Position numbers and translations under genes: made by a program. Source: Squalus acanthias (Eukaryota). From it: a DNA stretch of 64,000 nt. The first letter of the stretch is position 1; each line of letters begins with the position of its first letter. The stretch is from positions 75,704,001 to 75,768,000 of the forward strand of contig CM059432.1 of NCBI GenBank assembly GCA_030390025.1, in the 5' to 3' direction. The notes under the pieces were generated by a model that was not told where the DNA came from, searched no databases, and saw only the letters and a program-made list of their open reading frames with translations. Below are positions 37,934-51,275 of this stretch, piece after piece.

Positions 37934-38767
37934 GGGCTGGATTTTGCCAATGGGGAGCTTTTGGAGGCGGGACTCCCACTTGTCGGGTTTCAGTCCCGCC
38001 TCCATCAACTTCTGGCCAACCCACGCTATTTTCCCTTGATTGACCTTGTTAAGCCCGCCCAGCGGGCTTAGCAGGCCAATTAAGGGAAAGCCGGTTACAG
38101 AGAACGTCAACGTATGATGTTTCATCCGTCAAAAATTTTTGACAGATGAATTGTCATCGTTTGACAGCTCTGTGAAGCTGTCAAACACTGACATTCTCTG
38201 TAGTTTGATGAGTTCTTGAATTCAAGACTTCATCAAAACTCTTTCTTTTGTAGAAATTAGATGGTTGTTGCATTGGAGAATGCAACAACCATCTGTCATC
38301 TCTACCGCGGAGGTGCGAGACTCTCCGCATACCCACCGATTGAAGCCTGCAGGAAGAAACAAAGGTAAGTACACTTTTTCTAACACTTTGCACTTACCTC
38401 AGATACTCACCTCTCCACACTTGCACCCATCACTCACCTCCACAGCACATTTTTGGACCCCGCAGACCCCCGCAGACCCACTACTCGCCTCGGTGACCCT
38501 GGCGGGTTATGGAGCCTTCGGGAAGCCCGCACTTTTGTGGGCAAAATGGGGATAATCCTCTTATCTGCCTGTTAACTACCTGTTAACAGGCAGTTAAGTG
38601 GCTGTAATCCCTTCCTGCCTCCAAGGAGACAGGACCCGGCGCGGGACAGCTTCCTGCCTCCTGGCAAGATGGCACAGAGGCGGGTTGGGGGCGGGTTGGG
38701 CACCCGCCCCCAAATTCTGCCATTTTCCCAGCAGTCCCGCCTCCCCAGGGCTGGCAAAACCCAGCCT
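37934..38767. mobile_element. Non-autonomous Harbinger-type MITE (about 830 bp)
   Basis: TIRs GGGCTGGATTTTGCCA and TGGCAAAACCCAGCCT; TTG on both flanks; colinear with 44076-44910. Confidence 0.85.
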
Positions 38768-40281
38768 TTGGTGACAGACCTGCATCCACTGCAGGTGTAG
38801 GCCCAACTCTGTTCTGCTCCCTCCACTCTCCCCCCAGAAGCCTCAAAAATTCCAGGACAACATAAAAGAGATAGAGACTCAACAAACTGATTTCCACTCC
38901 ATTTTCCTGACCTGGGCACCCAGAGTAATGGGAACATGAAGCAGAAAAATCAGTCCCAATGAGCTAAGTAGACTTTAATTTGACCTCAATTTCATCGGAC
39001 AGACAACGTGCATGTTTGAATATGCTGAAAAATGCAGTTACTCTTTGGTAGTCCCAAAAATGTCTTGACTTGCGGATGAAAGATAGGGAATTATTTTTAG
39101 CACATGATTTCATTCTAGCCCTTGTGTAGTATCAGGTGAAAAAAGGTTAGGATTTCCCTTGCCAAGGACACAAAATCTGCATCCTTTTTCATAATTCAGG
39201 ATTTGCAAATGTATTCCTAACACTCTGGAAATTTAAGCTTTAGATTGTCCTCTCTCACAAGTAGTTGGCCACCAGAAAGACACACGAGTGTGAACAAATG
39301 TTTATCATGTAGGCTGCTGCACCATTGAAACTATGCTAGCCGAGAAGTAAATTTCCACCGCAATTGAGAGCTACATCTTGTTTTTCCTGACAGGTTTTAT
39401 ATTCCAGTTATTCTTAGTGTCTTACTGTGCTGGTAAAAGGGCAGAGTCCATATTAATTACCCAGTGACATTTGCGCTACTGCCCCATGAAAGGAATAGCC
39501 CTGCAGGAGTTGTCAGTGTACGGTACGTGTGACAGGAGACTGAATACTGAACAAAAGCCATTATCTCTCCTCCAAGGATATCTGGGTCTGTCTCTGTGAG
39601 CAGCAGCCAGAATAGACTAAATTCATCAATCACCCGAGCCATCCCCAAGACAAGTCTCCAAAACAATCCTGAAGCAAATTCTGTGTTTTTTTTGTGTGTG
39701 GCAGGTTTCAAGCATGTTAATAGTCAGCTCACAGAATTACACATCAAGGTCTATGCTGTGATAAACGACAGCTGTCCAGAATAGAAACAATCAGCACTTT
39801 CTTTAGGATCACACATCCCAACTCTTTTTATTTATTTTCCCCCAATTTTCGCCCTCTGCCCTAATGGCCCTAAATCTTGCTGGGGTATTGTTCCCCAGGA
39901 AACGGCTGCCACCCAGCACCTCACTCAGGTTTACAAAACAATTCAAAACTATAGGAGGCCTCTCGTTAGCGCTTGGGGGGGGCACTAACAGGGCACAGAT
40001 GCAGTAGTGTCGGGGCGAGGCGAATCCAGCAAAGCATGGCAAATCCACCCCCCCCACCCCCCCGTAGCGCTGCCACTACCAGTTACCACTGGGGACTTCA
40101 AAGGCAGGCAGATCGTGATGTCAGTGGGTGCCTGATCTGTGTTCTGTGATGACAGACCAGACATCTGGGAGGCTAGTGTGGAGGCGGGTTGACAGCGGTT
40201 CCCTACCCGCTGTCAAAAAAAACATTTTCCCAGCCGAACTGCCACCAAACGCGCCCGCTGACCCCCCGAAAAATTCCAGCC

Positions 40282-42151
40282 GTTCAGTCATTTAAAGGTT
40301 GTTTAGTATCAGGAGTTTTGTGGCTACTAACAATTAGTTACATTTATTCTCACAACATATCAAAGTGCTACACTTGGTTACATTAATGGGGGCTGTACTG
40401 GCAGTCGACCTCGCCCTCCAGGATCTACAGCGGAGGGAGTGGAGGCAGCGCGAAAGATTGGAATATGTGGCCAGATGGAGGAGAAGGGCCATGAGGGCTC
40501 TCAACAGGAGGCCTTACCCTCCAAGGGTATTCTGAGAGCACTTCTCCTACCTCTGCCACCTCCTGCAACCAGACCTCCAGCCTCAGATCAGGATGAGGAC
40601 GGCTCTCTCAGTGGCAGTCAAGGTCACCGTCACCTTCAATTTCTTCGCCAGCGGATCCTTCCAGTCTGCAACAGGAGATATAGCTAACATCTCGCAGTTC
40701 GCTGTCCATCGCTGCATCCAGGAGGTCACAGAGGCTCTCTACAGTAGGAGAAGGGATTACATTTCCTTCCCCATCACCAGAGAGAAGCAGGACGAATGTG
40801 CATGTGGCTTTGCCAGGATAGCGGGCTTCCCCATGGTCAGGGCGCCATTGACTGCACCCACGTGGCTTTGCGGGCACCGCATAACAATCCTCAGGTCTTC
40901 CGTAACTGCAGAGGTTACCACTCACTTAATGTTCAGTTGGTGTGCGACCACAGACAGCGAATCCTCAATGTAAATGCCCGCTATCCTGGCAGCAGCCACG
41001 ATGCCTTCATCCTGTGCCAGACCGGTGTGCCAGCACTCTTGCAGCCACCACGTCAAGCTCTAGGGTGGCTGGTTGGAGACAAGGGCTATCCGCTCTCCAC
41101 CTGGCTCATGACTCCCCTCCGTAACCCCAACACTCCTGCCCAGCACTCATATAATGACAGCCATGCTGCTACCAGGAACATCATCGAGCAGACCATCGGG
41201 GTGCTCAAGCAATGGTTCCGCTGCCTTGACCGCTCGGGAGGAGCCCTCCAGTACTCGGCTGAGCGGGTGTCCCATTTTGTCGTGGTCTGCTGCATGCTCC
41301 ACAACTTGGCCATCATGAGGGCCCAGCCCTTGCCACCAGGGATTGCGGGACCACCTCAGGAGGGGGAAGAGGGAGAGGACGAGGAGGACGAGGACGAGGA
41401 GGAAGAGGAAGACGAGAAGGAGGAGGAGGAACAGGAGTGAGCCACTCAAACGGCCTTCCGGAAGGGCCTCATCAGACTGAGGTTCCAATAAATTAAACCC
41501 CAGATCCCCGTTGCTTAGCACATCCTCATCGTTCCATCCCTGCCGCAGCACCATATCACAGCGCAAAGCTGAAATGAGAGACACCACAAAATAATCCAAA
41601 CTGAATTAATAAATTTATCAATAATCCGTGGACACATATTTACAACAACATTATCACCTATTCACCCTTGTGCAATCCCTTGGTGCCTGTCGTTACTGTG
41701 CCTTTGCCTACTCTAATGCTCCTATGAAGTGTTGGCCCAGTGGCTGCAGCAGGGCTGGAGGAAGGCTGCTGAGTGTCCATGTGGGAAACTTCAGATGGCC
41801 TTGCAGGACGCCCTCGACCAGCTCTGGGCCTGGAAGGCCTGGCTGTAGACTGCACCACCTCAGCATGGGCGGCAGCAGTCTGGGCTGGTTGGATGACAGG
41901 ACAAGGACAATGGCTGAGTGCCAGTGGTGGAAGCAGGAATGCTGTCATCCTGAGAGAGGACAGCAGCTTCCTGCTCCACTGACCCACTGACCCAGTGCCA
42001 CTCCCCAGGGGCACCACCTCAGCATCCCCAGCAATCTGTTGAAGCACAGATTGCTGGCCTGCTGCAACACCGTGAAAGCCCTGGTCGACGGTGGTAGACC
42101 CAGCCACGATGGCAGCAGTCAGAGCTTGCGTGGCATCAAGCTGAGACTGCA
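40282..42151. mobile_element. PIF/Harbinger transposon H3, truncated at both ends
   Basis: Transposase on +; the last Myb-gene exon on - (41658-42151) resembles H1 24970-25430; cut by CR1 at 42152. A separate TIR end (GAAAAATTCCAGCC) lies at about 40268-40281. Confidence 0.85.
40386..41491 (+). pseudogene. Harbinger transposase, frameshifted, DDE motifs retained
   Basis: GAIDCTHVAL, YPGSSHDAFIL, GDKGYPL and IIEQTIGVLKQWFRCLDRSGGAL all in ORF 40796-41440. The N-terminus is in another frame with a deletion. Confidence 0.92.
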
Positions 42152-43334
42152 TGAGAGCAGGGGAAGTTATAATGGGGAACAAAGAAATGGCAGACCAATT
42201 AAATGCATATTTTGGTTCTGTCTTCACAAAGGAGGACACAAATAACCTCCCAGAGATGTTGGAGAACATACGGTCTGATGAAAGGGAGGAACTGAAAGAA
42301 ATTAGTATTTGCAGGGAAATGGTGTTAGGGAAATTGACGGGATTGAAGGCCGATAAATCCCCAGGGCCTGATAATCTACATCCTAGGGTACTTAAGGAAG
42401 TGGCCCTAGAAATAGTAGATGCATTGCTGATCATCTTCCAACATTCGATGGAATCTGGAACTGTACCCATGGATTGGAGGTTTGGGTGAGTGGGCAGAAG
42501 CATGGCAGATGCAATATAACGTGGATAAATGCGAGGTTATCCGGTGTCAAAAACAGAAAGGCAGACTATTATCTGAATGGCAATAGATTGGGAGAAGGGG
42601 AAGTGCAACGAGACCTGGGTGTCCTTGTGCACCAGTCGCTGAAGGTAAGCATGCAGGTGCAGCAGGCGGTGAAGGCAAATGGTATGTTGGCCTTCATAGC
42701 GAAAGGGTTTGAGTATAGGAACAGGGATGTCCTGCTGCAGTTGTACAGGGCCTTGGTGAGACCACACCTTGAGTATTGTGTGCAGTTTTGGTCGCCTTAT
42801 CTGAGGAAGGATGTTCTTGCCATGGAGGGAGTTCAGCGAAGATTCACAAGGCTGATACCTGGGATGGCAGGAATGACATATGAGGAGAGATTGGGTCGAT
42901 TGGGCTTATACTCGCTGGAGTATAGAAGAATGAGAGGGGATCTCATCGAAACATATAAAATTCTGACAGGTCTGGACAAACTAGATGCAGGAAGAATGTT
43001 CCCGATGGTCGGTGAGTCCAGAACCAGGGGTCATAATCTAAGGATAAGGGGTAAGCCATTTGAGACAGAGATGAGGAAGAATTTCTTCACCCAGAGAGTG
43101 GTGAACCTGTGGAATTGTCTACCACAGAAGGTAGTTGAGGCCAAGTCATTAAATATATTCTAGAATGAGTTAGATATATTTCTTAAAGCTAAGGGTATCA
43201 AGGGATATGGGGAGAAGGCAGGTACAGGGTACTGAGTTTGGATGATCAGCCATGATCTCATCGAATGGTGGAGCAGGCTCGAGGGGCCGAATGGCCTACT
43301 CCTGCTCCTATCTTCTATGTTTCTATGTTTCTAT
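42152..43334 (+). mobile_element. CR1 fragment with internal deletion of the RT core
   Basis: KSPGPDNLHPRVLKEVA...VPMDWR is joined at about 42480 directly to post-RT sequence; C-terminal ORF2 motifs and tail are present. Confidence 0.93.
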
Positions 43335-44075
43335 ATTGCTACTGGCAGACACTTCTTTTGATTTATTGCTGGATATCTATTGCAGGTCAATAAAGTTCAT
43401 CTTAAATTTGATGACCTGGTTTCATCAACCTTTTCAGTTCCCTTACCACCGAGAAATGTATGTGGGAGGAAGGCGAAGGAGGAGAGGTGAAGGGAATGGG
43501 TCATTAGATCAAATTGTGGCTTAGTTAGTTCTGCCAATTTTCACATATGTTCAAAAGCCAACTCACCAGCTTGATTACTTAAAGAAACATCTCTTCCAGG
43601 CTTTGCTAAAAATACACACTAGTATGATGAATATTGCATGATATTCCCCGCTTACCAGGCACTGTGAAAGAGTGAGTGAAGATCTGCACTTAGTTCATTT
43701 TTTCACACAAAAAAATCAGGGTCATCTAACTCCAAATCATGAATAATTCAAGACTTTACCACTTTGAGAGTCTTTCTCACCCTAATGCAAAACAGAACTG
43801 ATGCAGCGGTTCAAACATCCCTTGCGAATATTACAGTAGCAACATATGCTGCAGATGACATCTGCACAGTTCAATGCTCAGAATGATACATTTTCCAATG
43901 TAGTACAAGGCACATTTTGAGCTTTTATTTGAAATTTGGACTAAGTGCAGCTATTGCCTTGATGAGTGTGACACTATAATTTTTTTTGCGATTCATTCCC
44001 AAATTAATATTATAATGATCTGGGAACTTATGAGCCATCGTGAATGGATGTTGCTTTAAAAGAAAGAAAGACTTT

Positions 44076-44910
44076 GGGCTGGATTTTATGAATGGAGACG
44101 TGTTGGAGGCGGGACTGCTGCTTGCCCGGTTTCAGTTCCGCCTCCATCAGCTTCTGGCCAACCAGCGGGTTTTTCCCCTGATTGACCTTGTTAAGGCTGC
44201 CCAGCGGGCTCAGCAGGCAAATTAGGGGGAAGTCAGTGACAGAGCACGTCAACGTATGACGTGTCATCTGTCAAGAATTTTTGAAAGAAGTGTCATCGTT
44301 TGACAGCTCTGTGAAGCTGTCAAACACTGACATTCTGTGTAGTTTGATGATTCCATGTGTTCAGGACTCATCAAACCTTTCTACTTTGCAGAAATCAGCT
44401 GGCTGTTGGATCGAAGGATCCAACAGCCAGTCTGTGATCTCTACAATGGAGATGTCGGGGACTACGGCTCCACAGCGGCTGAAGGTTTTAGGGAGAAACA
44501 AAGGTAAGTTAACATTTTCTAACACTTTACACGCACCTCACATACTTACCACTCCACACTTGCACCCATCACTCACCTCTACATCGCACTTTCAGACCCC
44601 TCTGACCCCCGCAGACCTCCTACTCACCTCCTACAGGGATCCCCCAGGTCGGGAAGCCCGCATTTCAGAACGAAATATGGGGATAATCCTATTTTCTGCC
44701 TGTTAACTACCTGTTAACAGACAGTTAATAGGCTTTAATCCCTTCCCGCCGCCAAGGAGATGGGACCCGGGGCAGGACGGCTTCCCACCTCCTGGGAAGA
44801 GGACACAGAGGCGGGTTGGGGGCGGGTTTGCCACCCGCCCCCAAGTTCTGCAACTTTCCCGGCAGTCCCGCCTCCATACCCGCCTCCTCGGGGCTGAGAA
44901 AATCCAGCCC
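44076..44910. mobile_element. Non-autonomous Harbinger-type MITE, same family as 37934-38767
   Basis: TIRs GGGCTGGATTTT and AAAATCCAGCCC; colinear over the full length. Confidence 0.85.
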
Positions 44911-46039
44911 TATGTGTTATCATGTTCTCAGGACATCGCAAAATGCTTCACAACCAATGAGTTACATCTGAAGTGTAGTCTCTACTAATATGTTAACATA
45001 TGAGGCTGGATTTCCCTCTGTTTGGCCGCCCATTTTTGGTGAGGAAGGCAAGGAAGGAAAATCAGGGGTTTGAGGCCCAATGCCAGGTTTCCACGCCAAA
45101 AATTTACCAGCGAGTCTTCCGTGGGCCCAGCTTAGGGATTGTGGGATGATGGAGTTTGCTGCAGGGAAACATTTCCGTTTCTTACCGCTCTGTCACCACG
45201 AACGGTAGAGAGCACGTTTTGGGGTTGGGTGGGGGTGGTGGGAGAGGTATTATGGCAGACCACAAAGAAGTAAGTGGGTTTAATTATTTTCAATTTTCTG
45301 TAAGTTTTTTTATAAAAGTAATTTCATTGGGGTAGAAATTGGACTTCATTGCGCCCACTTTACAGGTGTAAAACGGGGTCGATGAGGGCCAATTTTGGGG
45401 ACCAATATCCTGCACCTTGGGTGCCCTAAAGGTATCCGACAGAAATTTGGTTGAGCAATTTTTCAGTCCCCCCATGCGGCTGCTTAAAACAGGCATTGGG
45501 CCACTTACATATGCAAATGTAAGCCTGTTCTAGGACCCCTCTGCCGCATTAAGCAGCACGGAGTGGAGCAGGTGCCGGGCTGTGTCTCATTTACTTTACT
45601 CCCAAAGTTGGACTGTTGTTAACGCCAATGTAGTGCAGGAGCCATTACACAAATTCATTACATATCTGTTTCCTTTTGCAAGCAAGCACAATGTTTAGCT
45701 ATTCAGGTTAACCCAATGTAGGTCTTAAATTTGGGGCTATTATCAAGTACAATGAACATTTGTCTGTCGTCTTCATTGCTTTGTACTTCCCCTTTTGCAA
45801 ATCTTTCAAAACCTAATGAAGCAGGCAGTCTCACAGCCCTTGCCAGTTCGAGGTGAATCACTTCTTCTCTATAATGCATTATGGGTGTTTATCTCTAGTG
45901 AGATAGACCAGTTTCAGTTAAACTGAGCATTGCACCCCCTGAGTACCAGCATTCAGAAAATAACCAGATTGTAAAAATAGTCAACAATATATTTTGTCAA
46001 TTTATATTGGTGGCTAAAAAAGTGGGAAATATCGTCTAG

Positions 46040-47240
46040 ACTGTAAATAAGGTATGAAGACAAACTGGCAGGCAACAAAAAGGGAAATAGTGAAGGATAT
46101 TGCAATCACATGCAAAGCTATAAAAAAAGTTAAAGATATGGGCCAATTGTAGTTGAAAAGGAAATGTTCTTATGGAGGATGAGGGAGTAGTGGAGATACT
46201 AAATGCATACTTTGTCTTTGCTTTCACAGAGGGTTGTGACAGTGGGAATGTAAGGATACAAGATCAATTACATATGATAACTATAGATAAGGAAGTAGCA
46301 CTGAAAATTTGAGGAACTCAAAGTGGAAAAGGCACCTGGACTTGATGGCATGGATCGTACAATGCTCAGAGAAGTAAGAAAGGAAATAACAGAGGCTCTG
46401 AGGAGATTCTTTCAGACATTTTAGATATAGAAGTTGTATCAGAGGTCTGGAGGTTTGGCAATGTAAAACCTCTGTTCAAAAAGGGAGAAAGGGATAAACC
46501 AGGTAACTATCAATGTCATCCTGAAATTGCTTATGAGTAAGCTTCTAGAGGCCATTAAATGAGATAAAATTAATACTCACCTAGAAAGACATGGGCTAAT
46601 TAAACATAGCCAAGATGGATTTGTATGGTTATTTCTGACAAATTGAATAGAACTTTTTGAGAAAATAACAAGAAGAAAGACTTGCATTTATATAGCGCCT
46701 TTCACGACCACCAGACATCCCAAAGCACTTTATAGCCAATGAAGCACTTTTGAAGTGTAGTCACTGTTGTAATGTAGAAAACGCAGCAGCCAATTTGCGC
46801 ACAGCAAACTCGCATAAACAACAATGTGCTAATGACCAGATAATCTGTTTTTGTTATGTTGATTGAGGGATAAATATTGGCCAGGACACCGGGGATAACT
46901 CCCCTGCTCTTCTTCAAAATAGTGCCATGGGATCGTTTACATCCTGAGAGAGCAGACGGGGACTCAGTTTAACATCTCATCCGAAAGACGGCCCACTCCG
47001 ACAGTGTAGCACTCCCTCAGTACTGCACTGGAGTGTCGGCCTAGATTTTTGTGCTCAAGTCTCTGGAGTGGGACTTGAACCCACAACCTTCTCACTTAGA
47101 AGTGAGAGTGCTACTCACTGAGCCACAGCTAACATTAATAAAGGAAATGTCATGAATATTTTGTAAAAGGATTTTTAAAAAGGCATTTGATAATATGGCA
47201 CATAGTAGGCATGTTAATAAAATAAAGACACATGGACTTG
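46040..47240 (+). mobile_element. Old CR1 ORF2 fragment split by a DeuSINE
   Basis: Degenerate KAPGLDGM, PLFKKGERDKPGNY and, after the SINE, DF-KAFD-like sequence at about 47170-47190. Confidence 0.75.
46674..47130 (-). mobile_element. DeuSINE (SacSINE1-like), full length, relatively young
   Basis: Reverse complement of the 17553 copy with intact A and B boxes (TGGCTCAGTGAG, GGTTCAAGTCC). Confidence 0.88.
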
Positions 47241-48989
47241 GAATTTCCTCGCAATTTTCGGTGCAACTATGGCATAAAAGCAGTGCAGTGACAATTTTTG
47301 GGAAACTTGCGTGTAACTAATTTATGCTGATTTTACACTGAAACATTTCTACAGCGAGTTAGCTCAATCTTTTGTGTCGCTTCTGTGATAAGTCTGCCAA
47401 ACCTTTCAGGTGCTCATTATCATAGCTTCACCCCGATGCAAATGAGCAGCTCACGCGAGTTTCCTGCAGTTACGCCAATAATGTGCTGGTGTAGATTTCT
47501 GCCCATATATTTAGGTGCAGCATGGCCCAAAGTCATCTTATATTGACGTAACTGAGGAGTTTCAGCCTTGCAAGAGTCCCCAAACTTTCTGGCTTTTTGA
47601 TAGTAATTTTCTTTGTGATTTATTTTTTGAATTTTTCTTACTGTAACCTGCATTATACTTAACCAAAGGGCTGTCAATCTCAGAGCACCCGAAATGTTTT
47701 GGATCCTCGCACTGCCAACCGCCACCTCCCCCGCCCCCCCGCAACACCCACTCTCCAATGCGACTGAACAGTTGGAATGGCCTTCTCAATTGGAATACCC
47801 CTTTTCTGCTAAAATAATGGAAGAGGAACAACAGAGGAAGAGGCTCTGAGAGTGAGGAGCTATGATAGAAGACAGCAGCTCACTCACTATTACCCCCCCA
47901 CTCCCCCACCGCCCGCCTCCAGAGGGTGTACAGGGAGCGTAGGATGTACTAAGTTTTGGGCGCCTTACTTTAGGAAAAAATATCAAGTGAGGCAGAATTT
48001 GTGGTCGGTATGTTGGCGTACTCTCAGAGTACACCGACATACCGCCTTTGAAATTGACCGCAAGTTCGGAATTTGAAATCAAAAATTTGAAATAAAAAGT
48101 ACAGCAGTTTGCGGTATAAAAGAGATACACTATGAGTTCCGATTCTCCACAAATTGCTGGACAAATTGCGTCGCTCCAAAACCAAAATAATTACCATCTC
48201 GCCCTGAGGCTCCCCATTGAAGTTTATTGCAATCATGAAATTGCTGGATTTACAACATTAATGGGAATTAATCTCACCGCAGCCGTTTAGGGCTGGTAAT
48301 TTATGTCATAGAGGACCCTGTTGCTGACATAATTTATGGTCCTGACATGACACTCAACCGTAGAACAGTAAAGCTGTGGAGTCTTACTTCAGCTTGGTAG
48401 TGAATTGTTCCTCAAGGTTTTTAAAACTTTTTTTTATCTGTCTTGGAAGTATCCAGTCTTGTCATCCACACTGCTGTTAGTGTCGGAAGGCAACAATTTT
48501 CAGGATGCAAAGATGTTTCAACACTCCAAAATGCAAAATTAGACAGATTTCGTTCAGAAAATAACATTTTGGGATGCAGTATATGAATAATTTGAGATAT
48601 GATTGGGAAGAAATAGGTGGCATTGCACCTATGGTTACCAAAGCTCTCCATCACTGGGGGTTTCCTTGCATCATGTCCAAGTCTGTAGACTTATTGATAG
48701 AGATTGATTGCTATGATTAGTCAACAACTCCATTACCATTGTACCATACGACTGCCAGGATGGTAGAAGGTGAACGAGCTGAACATTGGTCTTTCTTCAT
48801 TTAGCAATTCCTATATCCCTATAAGAGCAGTGCAATAGCGTACCCATTGGGTGTTCCACTGTTCCTGATCATGCTGGTTCTATACTTCATGGGTCAAGAA
48901 TGTTTGTACATTTCTCTCATCTACCCTGCCATTCACTCATTAACTTCTCAAGGACCAATACAACAATTTCCAAACACAACCGGGTTACA

Positions 48990-49357
48990 ATGACCTCTTC
49001 TTCTGCTTGTTCTTATTAATATTTGTTGTACCTTTCCTTTCTGTCTCTTTTTCTCTCTCTCTTTTATCCCTCTCTTTATACCTCTTTCTGTCTCTAATTT
49101 GACTCTAATTCATCCTATTTTCTTCTCCAATTTTTGCTTTGTCTCTTTCTCTATCCATTTCTTTCATGGGTCAGTGAGATAAGCCATTGGGCCTGATGTT
49201 CATGAGGTCCCAGATATGACATTAACATCATTGCAATGTTATCGGATCAACGTTCCAGCAATTTGAGGCGCAACTATAGTGCAATGTCAATGGTGAGCTA
49301 AAAAGTCTAATTAACGTTGTTCATCGTGAGATGCACCATTACATCAATTTCTGGCCC
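48990..49357. mobile_element. Partial inverted copy of the 50393/52547 MITE family
   Basis: CT-rich tract complementary to the GA-rich tract of those copies; end AATTTCTGGCCC. Confidence 0.55.
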
Positions 49358-50392
49358 TATTGATTCTATGTAATGCAATGGAAGTACAAGCCTTCAAATT
49401 TTAGAACTGTCTTAAGCAACTGATGTGATTCAAAATCTGTAAAGCATTTGCAACATACAGTTACAACATACAGTTGTGGCACAGTGAGTAAACTGCTCCA
49501 GTGTCAGATTTAACCCAGTGCATCATCTAACAATTCAATAAATGACTGAAGAGAAGAAGCACAAACAAAAGATATCCTAATTCATAAATCAATACAATTG
49601 TGTTTGTTTAATAATGCGCGCACGGAGCAAACTTAGATTGAGCCTGCAGTGTTTTTGTTTGATTTTTCTTTTGGCTAGCCGTTAAGTTTATAAATAGGTT
49701 ATGAGAAAATTTGTCAAGACAATTTCTGAAGAAGGAACATTGTGCACACTTTGTAGGTATGTGTTATTCATAGACTACAATTATAGCAGAAATCGTACCT
49801 GATTGCTGACGTTTTTCTGAATCACCAAGGAGTGGAAATGCAAATTTTCCAGTGAATTTGTTAAATGGTTCCTCTGTGGACGATAAACCAGCAACTATAG
49901 TTTTATACCAAAGCAATAAAGACAATATATTTACACTGTACCAGCAGTAACAAAATGACTGTAAGTTTGCAACAAGAGCCAATTTAAAGCTATACTGTAA
50001 AAAGGGATTAAATGGCTGACTGAAATCTCTTAATGTTAATTCACCATACCTGGGACAAATACAAATGGTGCTAATGATGTTTGGTACTTTAAATAACCAA
50101 TATTTACAGACTTGAGAACTCATGTCAACAGCTATTTCTGAACAGGATGTCCATCACAAAGGGTACCTTTTTAGATATTGGTGAAGAAGACTGAAGATAA
50201 ATAAAACTATTAAATTCTGCACTTTGGGATCAACTAGTTTATTGCTTCTGTGTCCTATACACAAAATACTCTTAAATATTCAGCAACAATAGATAGAGAC
50301 CTCTTTTCTATTTGTTACCAAAGTTAGTGATATCTTTACTTGTCATTGGTAACACATCATCATCAACAATCTGTCAATTCAAAATATATAAT

Positions 50393-51122
50393 GGCCCAGA
50401 TCTTGCTGGAGCGCGCATCTCACAGCATGCCCCATTAGTTAGACTTTTTCCCTCACCCTTCAACTCAAAAAGCTTTTGCCCTGTAAATTGCTGGAAGTGC
50501 GAGCTGATAATGGGCATCAGTGACATTGGAGCACAATGGAACCAACAGTCTATCTCCTTAACCAATGAGATTTAAGGATTGAGAAAGAAACAGAGGAATG
50601 ACCGAGAGGAAATAGGGTGAATTAGAGTTAAATCATTTACAGAAAAAGAAATAAAGAGAGGGAAAGAAAGATTGGATTAACAGAGAGAGAAAAAAGAGAC
50701 AGAAAGGAAAAGTAAGAAAAAATGTAAATGTTATATTTTTTAAATCTCTAATGACTATTTACTACCTGTAGAAATGGGACTTCACAGTCTAAATTGTTCC
50801 CTTTCTGGGCCAGAGAGGTTGATTGGCATTGCAGGAACATAAATCTCCTCATTGAGAAGGTACTTGCACTGTTAAGTAGCAGCCCTAACAATGTTCAATT
50901 AATGTGCAAATGCAACAACTTCATGACACTTACGAGGAGGTTGAGGGTGAGCTGCCGTTTTTGCAAGGCTACTGGCGAAGCAGTGCAAATTGTCTAGCAA
51001 CTTGTGGCAATTTGCAATTCACGCTGTATCCCTTCCTTGCCACTAGTTGCTGGACAATTTACACATTAATAATGGCAAGTGTCATTAAACTTGCTGATAT
51101 TTTTGGCAGTAAAATCTGGGCC
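50393..51122. mobile_element. Non-autonomous Harbinger-type MITE
   Basis: TIRs GGCCCAGAT and ATCTGGGCC; AAT TSD on both flanks; colinear with 52547-53271. Confidence 0.85.
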
Positions 51123-51275
51123 AATGACAAAAAACTTCAAGCAGAGGAGTGCCATTGTTTAAAAATGAGGGCAGGTTGAATAGCTTGCAACTGTATCTGC
51201 AGTCTGACCTCATTTCACAACTTATTAATGAGGAAGGTTTGAAATTACGTTGTGTTAAGGTGAGATTTATTCTGT

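Noticed and set aside
40796..41440. Host HARBI1 gene
   Set aside because: Frameshifted, one of several diverged copies, and embedded in transposon structure with a convergent Myb-like gene.
41658..42503. 281-aa minus-strand ORF as a novel gene
   Set aside because: Antisense CR1 read-through joined to a Harbinger Myb-gene last exon.
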